A DNA stretch of 64,000 nucleotides from a candidate division WOR-3 bacterium (GTDB lineage Bacteria > Hydrothermota > Tepidihabitantia > SM23-42): the NCBI GenBank assembly GCA_020349965.1, contig CP070705.1, positions 545,934 through 609,933 on the forward strand, given 5' to 3'. The notes below the pieces were generated by a model. It searched no databases, was not told the origin of the DNA, and worked only from the letters and a program-made list of their open reading frames with translations. Positions 1 through 9,539 of the stretch are shown here, in pieces; position 1 is the first letter of the stretch, and each line of letters starts with the position of its first letter. Position numbers and translations under genes: made by a program.

Positions 1-144
1 AGATCAATACAAAGCATACATGAAAAAAGTTCCGTTCAGGTTCATACCGCGAATCTTCTGACCCCCAGGGCAATGTGGGATTTGCATGGGGCATGGGGCA
101 AAGAGCATGGCGAAGTGCGTTAGGCGTGTTGCGTTTGGCATTTT

Positions 145-807
145 ATGATTCTTCCAAAGGTCGTAATACATAATTCAATGAGCCTCGACGGTTCGCTTAC
201 TGGTTTCGAGGTGAACATGGCATTGCACTACGCGTTGGCCGCAAGATACAAACCGGGTGCACATCTAATCGGTTCCAATACCCTCATGGGAGGTATTGAA
301 TCATCCGGAAAGGAAGTGCCGCCTGAGGAAAAGGATGATTTTTCAAAACCCGAAAAAGATCCATCTCTGCCCTACTGGGTCATACCGGATACAAGCGGAA
401 AGCTCTATGGAATGCTTCATACTTTCAGAAGATTCGATTATTGCAGAGACGTTATCCTGGTTGTGTCTGATAACACGCCAAGGGAATATTTGAGATATCT
501 GGAAGAGAGGTCATATGATTACCATTCGGTCGGCAAAGAACATGCCGATCTTAAAAAATCTCTTGCTCTTCTGGAGGAAAAATACAAAGTGCAAAGTGTA
601 CTGGTTGATGCCGGAAGAATACTCAGTAGTTTGCTTCTGGGACAGGGTCTTGTGGATGAGATTAGTTTGCTCGTACATCCTGTCATTGTAGGAAAGAAGT
701 CCCACAGCATGTTCTCGGATATTGTCGAGAAAATGACTTTGACATTGGATAGGAGTGAAAGATTGGATGAGCACTATACATGGTTGGTGTACAGAATTGA
801 GGAATGA
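145..807 (+). CDS. Dihydrofolate-reductase-like protein (RibD C-terminal domain family)
   Basis: N-terminal 'VIHNSMSLDG' and overall length are typical of the bacterial deaminase-reductase C-terminal (DHFR-like) fold. Family assignment is from motif memory only. Confidence 0.55.
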   Translation: MILPKVVIHNSMSLDGSLTGFEVNMALHYALAARYKPGAHLIGSNTLMGGIESSGKEVPPEEKDDFSKPEKDPSLPYWVIPDTSGKLYGMLHTFRRFDYCRDVILVVSDNTPREYLRYLEERSYDYHSVGKEHADLKKSLALLEEKYKVQSVLVDAGRILSSLLLGQGLVDEISLLVHPVIVGKKSHSMFSDIVEKMTLTLDRSERLDEHYTWLVYRIEE

Positions 808-840
808 TTCTCAGCAAATGTGTCGGGAAAGGAGCATGAG

Positions 841-1908
841 ATGAAGTACCTGAGGTATGTCCTCTTGTTAGTAAGTATAACTGCAATCTATTCAAATGAT
901 GCTGTTGCATGCACAACGTTCTGTTTCATGAATGACGGAGAATGGGTATACGGAAGAAATTATGATTGGAGTACTGAGCATTGTTTGGTCATGGTCAATA
1001 AGCGGGGTGTTGTTAAGAATGCGTTAACCCAAGACAATCCAGCGAGTTGGGTGTCAAAATATGGTAGCATCACATTCAATCAGTACGGCAGGGAATTTCC
1101 GCTCGGAGGTATGAACGAAGCCGGCTTGGTGATCGAAGTAATGTGGCTTGAGCAAACCGAATATCCCCATCCTGATTCACGGAGAGGTTTGTCGGACTTG
1201 CAATGGGTTCAGTACCAGTTGGACAACTGCTCGACAGTCGATGAAGTGGTTGCCAGCGACGGTGATGTGAGAATAACGCCAAGGAACGCAACGCCGTTGC
1301 ATTTTCTCGTATGCGACCGGACCGGCAGAGCGGCAGCGATAGAGTTTCTCGAGGGCAAGATGGTCGCGCATACCGGCAATGAACTTCCGGTTAGCGCACT
1401 CACCAACAGTACCTACGCGCATTCCTTGAGCCTGTATAAGGCATTCGACGGTGATCAGAATAGAGAGGCATTTGCCGCAGCAGACTATTCGCTCAAGCGT
1501 TTTGTGTGGGCTGGGCAAGGTTTGAAAAATTGGAATCCTTTGGCAGGAGATTCGCCGGTTGACTATGCGTTCGGTATTCTGGAAAAGGTTGCGGTCGACT
1601 TTACGCAGTTCAGGATCGTCTACGATACGGGGAATGGCCGGATTTATTACTGCTGTCAGTCGAATGAGGACATTCGCTACGTTGACGTCAATGAGTTTGA
1701 CTATTCATGCAGCAAGCCGGTTAAGGTCTTGGATATTGTGGCAGGCGAGGCAGGTAATGTGACGGGCATTTTCAGTGATTACACGTATGAAGCGAACTAC
1801 GATTTGATCAACAAGGCCTATTCAGGCACCGATTTTCTGAAGGAGGTACCGGCAACAGTACGCGAAAAGGTGGCACGGTATCCAGAAGGTATGACGTGCA
1901 ATCAATGA
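841..1908 (+). CDS. Secreted Ntn-hydrolase of the choloylglycine hydrolase / linear amide C-N hydrolase family
   Basis: A signal peptide is followed by 'AVA|CTTFCF', with Cys as the putative N-terminal nucleophile after cleavage, which is the hallmark of this family. An AAAGGAG RBS sits before the ATG at 841; the track's 820 start is a GTG further upstream. Confidence 0.6.
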   Translation: MKYLRYVLLLVSITAIYSNDAVACTTFCFMNDGEWVYGRNYDWSTEHCLVMVNKRGVVKNALTQDNPASWVSKYGSITFNQYGREFPLGGMNEAGLVIEVMWLEQTEYPHPDSRRGLSDLQWVQYQLDNCSTVDEVVASDGDVRITPRNATPLHFLVCDRTGRAAAIEFLEGKMVAHTGNELPVSALTNSTYAHSLSLYKAFDGDQNREAFAAADYSLKRFVWAGQGLKNWNPLAGDSPVDYAFGILEKVAVDFTQFRIVYDTGNGRIYYCCQSNEDIRYVDVNEFDYSCSKPVKVLDIVAGEAGNVTGIFSDYTYEANYDLINKAYSGTDFLKEVPATVREKVARYPEGMTCNQ

Positions 1909-2075
1909 CGATTACGCGTTGACATTTGGCTTTTCCGAACAACTGTCGATTACGTAGGTATCTGTGATAGTTCATGTGAGCATTTCGTGAAGATTAATGA
2001 TATAATGCTAAAGTAGGGCATGATCAAGGCAGTGCTAATCTATCTGTCATGTGAACTATTTCGGAGGGAGGTAAG

Positions 2076-2645
2076 ATGAACAGAAGATGTCTGCAGTCTA
2101 TGATTATCGGGCTTGCGGTTTTGTCGGTACCGCTGTTATCGGCCGATGAGGTACAAGACACGGTCGTGCAGTGTGAGGAGGTGAAGATGGATGGTCCATT
2201 TACGTTCAATAGCATAAACAATCCCCACGATGAATTGGCAAACATCGAGAAGACTATTAAGGCCAGCATTGAGTGGGCAGTGCACGACAAGGATACTGCC
2301 ATGTCGTACGGGAGTGTTGTGAACAACGACGAACTATTCTTCTTTCAGACCGATTCCAGGAGCACGATTGTCGGTTTTGAAGATTTCCGGAATCTAACAG
2401 AGAAGTTTTTCATGCGCGATGATTTTATGGCAATCCGCGTAGTCATCAAAGATCTTCGTATCCACATGTCGTCGAGCGGGAAGACTGCTTGGTGGGCCTG
2501 TATTCTGGATGATTATAACGAATTTCAAGGCAAGCCAGCAAACTGGGAGAATGTCCGGTGGAGCGGTGTGCTCGAAAAAGTGGAGGATAACTGGAAAATA
2601 TTCCAGATGCACTTCTCTAAAGCAGAGGACTTATTAGAAAAATGA
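2076..2645 (+). CDS. Secreted NTF2-like (SnoaL/DUF4440-like) protein
   Basis: Signal peptide, ~170-aa mature size and a C-terminal W-rich pattern shared with ORF 22001-22471. Weak assignment. Confidence 0.4.
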   Translation: MNRRCLQSMIIGLAVLSVPLLSADEVQDTVVQCEEVKMDGPFTFNSINNPHDELANIEKTIKASIEWAVHDKDTAMSYGSVVNNDELFFFQTDSRSTIVGFEDFRNLTEKFFMRDDFMAIRVVIKDLRIHMSSSGKTAWWACILDDYNEFQGKPANWENVRWSGVLEKVEDNWKIFQMHFSKAEDLLEK

Positions 2646-2807
2646 TACAGGATCCCCGATACAAGATAATTGATTCTTGATTCTCGACACCAGATTGATG
2701 GATTTCGGGGATCGAATTTCGAATCAAGAAATGGGGATTGCAAAAAGGTGAGATTGCTTCGGGGCGATGCCCCTCGCAATGACGGGAAGGTGTAACGCGT
2801 CGGGTTT

Positions 2808-3371
2808 ATGGCGTATCAGGGGGTTTCTGTGACATTCTACCAAAATCCTTTCTTCTGGGCTATGATCGGTATGTTTTCTCTGGTCGGCGGTGGTGTGATA
2901 GTGAGCAGCAGGAAATCCGGTTATTCAGTCCTTTACGGAGCTGTTGTCGTGACCGTGTTCGTGCTTGCAAGGGGTGTGCTCGTGCTGCCGTTCTGCATCC
3001 AACCCCGGTTCGAGGCGAACGGGTGGCATCTGTTTGTGGGGGGTGCGATATTTGTCCTTGGGTTGATCTTCAGTGTACCTGCATTGGCCATCAAACCGCT
3101 TACGGCTCCCAATGAGCAGATGAGATTGGTGGTTACGGGATTCTACGCGCTGGTGAGAAACCCGATATACCTTGGTGAAGTTCTGTGGTTTCTTGGCTGG
3201 TCCATAATGTTCCGTTCAGTGATCGGTTTGGCGATCGCCCCTCTGTGGTGGATGGCATTACTGCTACACACACTCGTCGAGGAAGATGCGCTTGAACGCG
3301 CTCTCGGTGAGAAATATCTGGCATACAAAAGAAAGGTTCGCGGCCGTATTATTCCGGGGCTGCCGATATAA
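2808..3371 (+). CDS. ICMT/PEMT-family membrane methyltransferase
   Basis: Multi-TM protein carrying the 'LVRNPIYLGEVLWFLGW' motif that is characteristic of isoprenylcysteine carboxyl methyltransferase / phospholipid methyltransferase family proteins. Confidence 0.55.
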   Translation: MAYQGVSVTFYQNPFFWAMIGMFSLVGGGVIVSSRKSGYSVLYGAVVVTVFVLARGVLVLPFCIQPRFEANGWHLFVGGAIFVLGLIFSVPALAIKPLTAPNEQMRLVVTGFYALVRNPIYLGEVLWFLGWSIMFRSVIGLAIAPLWWMALLLHTLVEEDALERALGEKYLAYKRKVRGRIIPGLPI

Positions 3372-3546
3372 AGTAGGCGCGAGACACTGGTAAAGACATC
3401 TGACCAAGCCTCGGCGATGTTGTTTGGCAAACGTTCCTTCTCCGGCCTGTACCTTGACACCATAATCTTAGTTGCTATAATCAAGTGATGCACGAGTGAT
3501 ACAAGTCGTACGTATTGAATGATTCTGTAGAAGAAAGGAGATTGGT

Positions 3547-3927
3547 ATGGAAACCGCAAATCTATTCGCTGCGTGGGTCGGTATGCTCGTTGGTGCCGTA
3601 GTCGGCGCCTTCAGCGGGCTATTCTTTCATAGGCAAGAGTGGTTTGGTGGTTACGATTCATGGCAACGACGTATGCTGAGGCTTGGACATATTTCTTTCT
3701 TTGGTATCGCTTTCATAAACTTCGCTTTCGTTTTCACGATAATGTACCTCGGTATCAGTAAGCCTTTGTTTTTACCTTCGCTCTTGCTCATAGTCGGTGC
3801 CATCACCATGCCGCTCATTTGTTTTCTGTCTGCATACAAAATGTTCTTCCGTCATCTGTTTTTTATTCCGGTTGTGAGTATCATAATCGCGATGTTCCTC
3901 TTTCTTGTCGGAGGCGTGTTATCATGA
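3547..3927 (+). CDS. Small polytopic membrane protein, translationally coupled to the downstream radical SAM gene
   Basis: Four predicted TM helices. Its stop overlaps the downstream ATG (ATGA). Confidence 0.4.
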   Translation: METANLFAAWVGMLVGAVVGAFSGLFFHRQEWFGGYDSWQRRMLRLGHISFFGIAFINFAFVFTIMYLGISKPLFLPSLLLIVGAITMPLICFLSAYKMFFRHLFFIPVVSIIIAMFLFLVGGVLS

Positions 3928-5252
3928 AGATAGGATTGATTGCCATGAGCGGTATCCGTTGTTGTGACGATGAATTGTTGGAACTCGGGTTGACTTTGCC
4001 TGGCTTTGTCGAACGCAGTAAGGTGATCGCGGCTCTCCCGAGTCTTGGTCTGTTGACGCTGGCCGGTATGACACCTAAGAATCACACAGTCGAGTATATA
4101 GAAGTGCCTGATATAAAGACACTCGATTCGTTGCCTTTGAATTGGGATCTTGTTGGCATCTCGAGTTATTGCGCGCAAATCGATGAGGCCTATGAGCTCG
4201 CCCGGCAGTACAAAGCAGCCGGTGTTCCGGTCGTGCTTGGCGGTCCTCATGTAAGCCATATGCCTGATGAAGCGGCGAAATATTGTGATTCAGTGGTCAT
4301 TGGTGAGGGTGAAGTCACCTGGCTTGATGTTCTGAACGATTGCGAAAGAGGTAAGCTTAAGAGATACTACGGGTCCGTCAAGAACAGCTTTGACCTTTCA
4401 GATGCGCCACTGCCTGCTTTTGAATTACTCGATATCGGCAAGTACAACCGGCTGACTGTTCAGACAAGCCGGGGCTGTACCCATTTATGTGAATTCTGTG
4501 GTAGTTCACCATTGATCACAAACAAATATCGTCAGAAGCCGATAGAGAAGGTGCTCGCAGAGATAGATAAAATAAAGAGCCTGTGGGAAGGCCGCTTCAT
4601 CGAATTCGTGGATGACAACGCGATCGTTGATAAGAAGTATTGGAAGGAATTACTCGCAAAATTGGAGAAAAGAAGGATAAGGTGGTTTGCGGAAACCGAC
4701 CTATCTGTTAGCGAGGACGATGAACTGTTGAGTCTGATGCGTGAAAGCGGCTGTGCACAGGTCTTGATCGGACTCGAGAGTCCTATCGAGGCAGGTCTGA
4801 ATGGGTTGGAGCTCCGCAGTAATTGGAAATATAAGCAATTGCCGAAATACCGGCAAGCGATCAAGAAGATTCAATCCCACGGAATAAGGGTCACAGGTTG
4901 TTTCATCTTCGGCCTCGATGGGCAGACAGCAGACATATTTGACACTGTGGCCGAATTCGCCAAAGAGACAGAACTTTTCGACGTACAGATGACATTTATG
5001 ACGCCATTTGCAGGAACTCCACTCTACGATCGGTTGACGCGGGAAAAGCGGCTCATTCAGGAGAGGGATTGGAAGAAATGCACTCTGTTCGACGTTATGT
5101 TCAAACCGACGGATATGTCGGTGGAAGAATTGAGAAAAGGATTTCGATCCCTGGGCGTGGCGATCTACGGTGAGGATGCTACAAACCGTAGGCGTGAAAC
5201 ATTCAAGAACTATCTCAGGGACGTCGTAAGAAAAAAAGTTGACAGAGATTAG
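3924..5252 (+). CDS. B12-binding (class B) radical SAM protein
   Basis: N-terminal 'MKIGLI..LPSLGLLTLAG' cobalamin-binding-type domain plus a 'CTHLCEFC' CxxxCxxC radical SAM motif. The start was moved to the ATG at 3924, which overlaps the upstream stop; the track ORF begins at 3819. Confidence 0.75.
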   Translation: MKIGLIAMSGIRCCDDELLELGLTLPGFVERSKVIAALPSLGLLTLAGMTPKNHTVEYIEVPDIKTLDSLPLNWDLVGISSYCAQIDEAYELARQYKAAGVPVVLGGPHVSHMPDEAAKYCDSVVIGEGEVTWLDVLNDCERGKLKRYYGSVKNSFDLSDAPLPAFELLDIGKYNRLTVQTSRGCTHLCEFCGSSPLITNKYRQKPIEKVLAEIDKIKSLWEGRFIEFVDDNAIVDKKYWKELLAKLEKRRIRWFAETDLSVSEDDELLSLMRESGCAQVLIGLESPIEAGLNGLELRSNWKYKQLPKYRQAIKKIQSHGIRVTGCFIFGLDGQTADIFDTVAEFAKETELFDVQMTFMTPFAGTPLYDRLTREKRLIQERDWKKCTLFDVMFKPTDMSVEELRKGFRSLGVAIYGEDATNRRRETFKNYLRDVVRKKVDRD

Positions 5253-5662
5253 GTCTTTTTGGATATTCTGCTCAAGAACAGGCGGCACTCGAGCATCAAC
5301 ACGAAGAATATCAAATCGCATCCGCCAAAGAGGTAGACAAAAATCATGTGTGGCACGTCTTGGACGATCGTATAGTAGACCGCCACAGAACAGTATGCCA
5401 GTTTGTAGAGAGTTCCGATGGTGACTAGGTCGCGATTTCGTTCGAGATTGCCGCGGTACAGCAGGTAATATGCTACTCCGATCACGAATAAAAAAATGCC
5501 GATCAATGACAAGTATGCTCCGTGAGGAGGTAATTTGTGGGCTATCCCTATTATCTCGAATGCCATTCTGTAGAAGAACGTAAAAATGATGCCCAGTGAA
5601 ATGTCATAGATGGCTGCGATTAGAAAGAGTATCTTATAGTACTTCTCTCTTCCTTCACTCAT
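5249..5662 (-). CDS. Hypothetical membrane protein
   Basis: A 137-aa ORF with 3-4 hydrophobic helices and no recognisable motif. Confidence 0.3.
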   Translation of the reverse strand: MSEGREKYYKILFLIAAIYDISLGIIFTFFYRMAFEIIGIAHKLPPHGAYLSLIGIFLFVIGVAYYLLYRGNLERNRDLVTIGTLYKLAYCSVAVYYTIVQDVPHMIFVYLFGGCDLIFFVLMLECRLFLSRISKKT

Positions 5663-5942
5663 ATATCCTCCTTATTACATGACTACGTGCCTGCTTGTTG
5701 TTTCTTATTATAATTGTGTTTCAATTCTTGTCAATGATCTGGAATGATCTTCAGCAAATTGGTGCAATGGCAGTGTGCTTCTTCCATCCTGCACAGCGAA
5801 TAAGGCGTATTGTGCTTGGAATCTTGTAACCGGTGTCGTTGACAAGTCATTATTCAGTGTATACAATTCGTAACGTTATTACGGCAGTTGCTTCAGTTTC
5901 TTTTGCTTGATTTTGTGGAAGCGCAAGAAATAAGGAGGTCCA

Positions 5943-6323
5943 ATGAGACTAATCATTCGCTGGATCATTGTAGCTTTTTCACTCTTCGTGGCAGCCTGGC
6001 TTGTCCCGGGCATCCGTGTGGAAGGTAATGCATGGCTCATATTCACGGTCATGGCGGTCATTCTAGGTCTAGTGAACGCGATAATACGCCCCATTTTGGC
6101 ATTGCTCACATGTTCGCTCATCATCCTCACCTTGGGCTTGTTTGTTTTGGTGATAAACGCGATAACTCTGTGGCTTGCATCGTCAATAGCCGTTAATTGG
6201 TTTCATGTCGGATTCTACGTAGATGGCTTCTGGTCGGCATTCCTGGGTGCACTCATTGTGAGTGTTGTGACCGTGATTCTCTCGACTGTGTTTAAGGAAA
6301 GGGTGAAACTGCGCAACGCGTGA
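5943..6323 (+). CDS. YvlD/DUF360 (phage holin family IV-like) membrane protein
   Basis: 'WLVPGIRVEG...LVNAIIRPILALLT...ILTLGLFVLVINAITLWLAS' closely follows the DUF360/YvlD consensus. An AGGAGG RBS is present. Confidence 0.55.
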   Translation: MRLIIRWIIVAFSLFVAAWLVPGIRVEGNAWLIFTVMAVILGLVNAIIRPILALLTCSLIILTLGLFVLVINAITLWLASSIAVNWFHVGFYVDGFWSAFLGALIVSVVTVILSTVFKERVKLRNA

Positions 6324-6394
6324 ACTGCGTTCAGAATGACGGCGGCGATCAATAAAAAAGGTCACAGCGATGAAAGCACACCGGCCTGTGTTCC

Positions 6395-7012
6395 GTGGCA
6401 TACAGTGTGAGTAGGAGAAAGAAGATCGTAGTATTGGCGCCGATCGCGTTGCTGGCGTCGATGTACATTGTCTACCGGCAATTGGCACATGCTTACGGCA
6501 ATCAATTTGCCTGGTATGCAGGATTCTGGGTGTATTGGTTGGGTTGGGGTGCTGTTTTCTCGTTCGCAGTTGCCGGCAAGGAAGAGATACTCAAGTTGAT
6601 TCGTCCGCGAAAACCCAATCATAAAATCGTGCTGTTCGTGATCTTTCCATTGATAATAACGGTGATATTCAGAGTTGCCACCGGGACACAATACGCTAAG
6701 CCAAGCTTTCTGTGGACGGTTCTTTTGATATCAACCGCGTTTGGTAACGGGTTTTTCGAAGAGATTTTGTGGCGTGGCATATATTATAGTTTCTTTCCGA
6801 AGAGTATTTTCTACGGCATAATATGGCCTGCGTGTTGGTTTGCTCTCTGGCACTATATTCCAGGTTCGCTCTCGCCAAATTCGAATGTCATTGGTTTGGT
6901 GATCGGTTCTGGATTGTTCGGGCTTTACCTGGGTTTCTTGTCAAGGAAGACCGGAACAATCTGGTGGTGCATGGTCTGCCACTCAATTGGCGGTATACTG
7001 ATGGTCATGTGA
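6395..7012 (+). CDS. CPBP-family (CAAX/Abi) intramembrane metalloprotease
   Basis: Carries the 'FFEEILWRG', 'FALWH' and 'MVCHSIGG' motifs (EExxxR, FxxxH and HxxxN/G), which are diagnostic of the CPBP family. Confidence 0.65.
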   Translation: MAYSVSRRKKIVVLAPIALLASMYIVYRQLAHAYGNQFAWYAGFWVYWLGWGAVFSFAVAGKEEILKLIRPRKPNHKIVLFVIFPLIITVIFRVATGTQYAKPSFLWTVLLISTAFGNGFFEEILWRGIYYSFFPKSIFYGIIWPACWFALWHYIPGSLSPNSNVIGLVIGSGLFGLYLGFLSRKTGTIWWCMVCHSIGGILMVM

Positions 7013-7164
7013 TCAATGTTGACAGTTTGCCGGTTTTCATAATAATAGTCATGGCGGAGCAAGTATGGTGGTAAGGTTGACAGCCAATGTCGTCTTGCCT
7101 GTACCCTTGTGCCATTTCACAATGCTCCGACTCTTAAAGGTATGCATGACCCGAGATTGCTAAT

Positions 7165-7533
7165 ATGATTTGCCCAAAGTGTAAGGCGCAATACATCCGC
7201 GGTATATATGTTTGTGCCGATTGTGACGTACCACTGGTAGACCAGCTACCTGACGACGAGCAGCCTGAAAACGCAGAAGACATTGGGTGTCAAGACGCAA
7301 CTTTCCTTGATGTTTATGTTACTGGTAATGCCGGAGAAATTGCTTTGATCAGATCGCTGCTCGACGATGCGGGTATCGATTACCATTTCAGTGGTGAGCG
7401 TTTCTCGATGCTGCATTCAGGTGTATATCCGTCACGTTTGTTCGTGCGTGAAGATCAATGTGAGGAGGCGTTGGAGATCCTCAGGGATCTGAATTTTGGC
7501 GTATTCGGAGAGGTGGATGAGGCAAGTGAGTGA
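7165..7533 (+). CDS. Zinc-ribbon + DUF2007-like small protein
   Basis: N-terminal CPKC...CADC zinc ribbon. The C-terminal 'LIRSLLDDAGIDYHF' segment resembles the DUF2007 putative signalling domain. Confidence 0.35.
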   Translation: MICPKCKAQYIRGIYVCADCDVPLVDQLPDDEQPENAEDIGCQDATFLDVYVTGNAGEIALIRSLLDDAGIDYHFSGERFSMLHSGVYPSRLFVREDQCEEALEILRDLNFGVFGEVDEASE

Positions 7534-8311
7534 TCATGGGTCGGATTTGTGGGCCCGGTTGCTGTCCTGTCGGCAGAAGTATCGTCTTACGTGCCAATTC
7601 AGGATTTTGAAACCGACGTCAAAGACCCTTTTGCTGTCTTTGGTGTATCTCTATGTAGCGTGCACACAGGGGCAGAAAGATGAACAGAAGGCTTGGGTCC
7701 TGGCTACGACGGCCATTCTAACTGAATATAATCACGAACAGCACGACATCCTGGAAGGGGTGGATCGTACTGAAGACAACATCACGAAGCATAAGATGCT
7801 GTTGAACTATTGGTGGGGTATTGACAGCAGGGAAGATCTTTTCTTTCTGTTAGAGTGGCTTGAGCAGATCGGCCACCGTAAGCGGTTCGACGAAATGGGT
7901 CAATACATGAACACGCTTTCAAGAGAGGAGTTTAACCGCATGCTGAGGGGTCTGAACAAGGATGACCGGAGTTCATGGGAGACCGTCATGGAACATTGGT
8001 CTGCACTGGGTCCAAAGAGTCTGGTTGGTTGGGATTACTGCCGATACATACACCTTTGCCGTAGGGGATATCTGCTGGGATACGTTAGCAAGAACGAAGC
8101 GTGGAGTTTGATAATGCCCAAAGCGCGTTTATTGCAGGCAACCTTCGATTCGTGGAAAGACCTTGGTGAGAATTACCTGATTGGTCGAGAGTTTTGGTCT
8201 TTCGAGAGAACCGAAGCGAGCGGAGAATTTTTTCACCAGGCTTATGAGAAGATGATCAATGATCCAGCTAGCCCGTGGAATACCATTCCATGGGGTCTTA
8301 ATTTGGAGTAA
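7517..8311 (+). CDS. DUF1266-like protein
   Basis: The W/Y-rich 'WDYCRYIHLCRRGYLLGYVSKNEAW' region resembles DUF1266. The start is uncertain because it overlaps the upstream gene. Confidence 0.35.
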   Translation: MRQVSDHGSDLWARLLSCRQKYRLTCQFRILKPTSKTLLLSLVYLYVACTQGQKDEQKAWVLATTAILTEYNHEQHDILEGVDRTEDNITKHKMLLNYWWGIDSREDLFFLLEWLEQIGHRKRFDEMGQYMNTLSREEFNRMLRGLNKDDRSSWETVMEHWSALGPKSLVGWDYCRYIHLCRRGYLLGYVSKNEAWSLIMPKARLLQATFDSWKDLGENYLIGREFWSFERTEASGEFFHQAYEKMINDPASPWNTIPWGLNLE

Positions 8312-8506
8312 TGCCCGGTTGACAGGTAGGGGAAAATGTATATGATATGTTACTTTTGACACATAAGTATGCAAGGTTAGCAAGTTTGTGAAATTACCCA
8401 AGCTTCTAGCGGTTCAGAACTAGGTATCAATTAGCGTGAATCGTTAACCCCAAAAATCTACTTTATCTAGTGTCAATTGTTAGTTTTACACTTGAAAGGA
8501 GATATT

Positions 8507-8935
8507 ATGGTTCAGGTAAAAAGTGGTGACAAAGTCAAGATTCACTATACTGGCAAATTGAACGATGAGACAGTCTTCGACTCCTCGATTGACCGTGAAC
8601 CCCTCGAATTCACTGTGGGTGACGGTAAGATAATTCCGGGATTTGAAAAAGCGGTGGTTGGGATGGCCCCCGGAGAATCGAGGACCGTGACGATTTCGCC
8701 CGACATGGCCTATGGCCCGCACCGTGAGGAATTGGTCGTTGACGTTGAGCGCGAGCGCGTACCAGACAAACTGGATCTGAAGGTTGGGGGTTTTGTGCAG
8801 ATACGCCAGCGCGATGGTGGGGTCATTCAGGCAAAAGTGACCGGTATGTCCGAATCTAAGGTCACCCTGGACGCTAACCATCCCCTGGCAGGCAAAGACC
8901 TCACTTTTGATATCAAGCTGGTTGAAATCGTTTGA
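8507..8935 (+). CDS. FKBP-type peptidyl-prolyl cis-trans isomerase (SlyD/FkpB-like)
   Basis: 'GDKVKIHYTGKLNDETVFDSS...LEFTVGDGKIIPGFEKAVVGM' is a canonical FKBP domain, and an IF-chaperone insertion is present. A GGAG RBS precedes the ATG at 8507. Confidence 0.8.
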   Translation: MVQVKSGDKVKIHYTGKLNDETVFDSSIDREPLEFTVGDGKIIPGFEKAVVGMAPGESRTVTISPDMAYGPHREELVVDVERERVPDKLDLKVGGFVQIRQRDGGVIQAKVTGMSESKVTLDANHPLAGKDLTFDIKLVEIV

Positions 8936-8979
8936 GCCTTGGCAGAAGCGGGGTGCAAATTCAGGTGCTTACATATCTC

Positions 8980-9007
8980 TTGACATTGGGCATTTTCTAT
9001 ATATAAT
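8980..9007 (+). promoter_or_regulatory. Consensus sigma70 promoter (TTGACA-N16-TATAAT) for the first cold-shock gene
   Basis: Seen directly in the sequence; it lies ~95 nt upstream of the ATG. Confidence 0.55.
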
Positions 9008-9101
9008 AATACTTAAGCTAAGTCATTTAGTTTGTTGATGGTTAAGTAGAATACTCATATTCTAGATCCCCTCACTTATTAAAGACTTGAAAGGAGAAAA
9101 A
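9008..9101 (+). promoter_or_regulatory. Long conserved csp 5' UTR (candidate cold-responsive RNA thermometer / cold box)
   Basis: About 90% identical to 11320-11411 and partly conserved with 35662-35747. Long structured 5' UTRs are a known feature of cspA-type genes. Confidence 0.45.
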
Positions 9102-9305
9102 ATGACTTACGGAAAAGTCAAATGGTTCGATGGCAGAAAAGGCTATGGTTTCATTGAGAAAGAAGACGGAACCGGTGATGTTTTTGTCCATTATGGCGAC
9201 ATAGCGGGCGGCGGTTATCGTTCACTTAATGAAGGCGATAGAGTTAAGTTTGAGCTTGGCCAGTCTACAAAAGGTCCAAAAGCTACACAAGTCGAACTTG
9301 CATAA
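9102..9305 (+). CDS. csp: Cold-shock protein, CspA family
   Basis: 'MTYGKVKWFDGRKGYGFIEKEDGTGDVFVHYGDI' contains the RNP1 and RNP2 motifs of the cold-shock domain. Confidence 0.9.
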   Translation: MTYGKVKWFDGRKGYGFIEKEDGTGDVFVHYGDIAGGGYRSLNEGDRVKFELGQSTKGPKATQVELA

Positions 9306-9323
9306 TATGCAATAAATGCATAG

Positions 9324-9355
9324 GTGAGGGCCCCCTTTTGGGGGCCCTCACTTTA
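9324..9355 (+). terminator. Rho-independent terminator
   Basis: 12-bp GC-rich stem GTGAGGGCCCCC / GGGGGCCCTCAC with a TTTT loop and a T-rich tail. Confidence 0.7.
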
Positions 9356-9539
9356 CAAAGTGATGTTACGTTAGTATTGACAAAAGCGATATTGTTCTTA
9401 GAATATGTCGTAGGTTACGAGAACTGCTTTTGATTAGTAAAATACGCCGACCGAATTCGATTGGGTATATGGTGAATGTGCATAGTTTTGTATCCGGCAC
9501 CATCACCTTTCGTAGGAAAAGAAGGGAGCTATCAAGATT

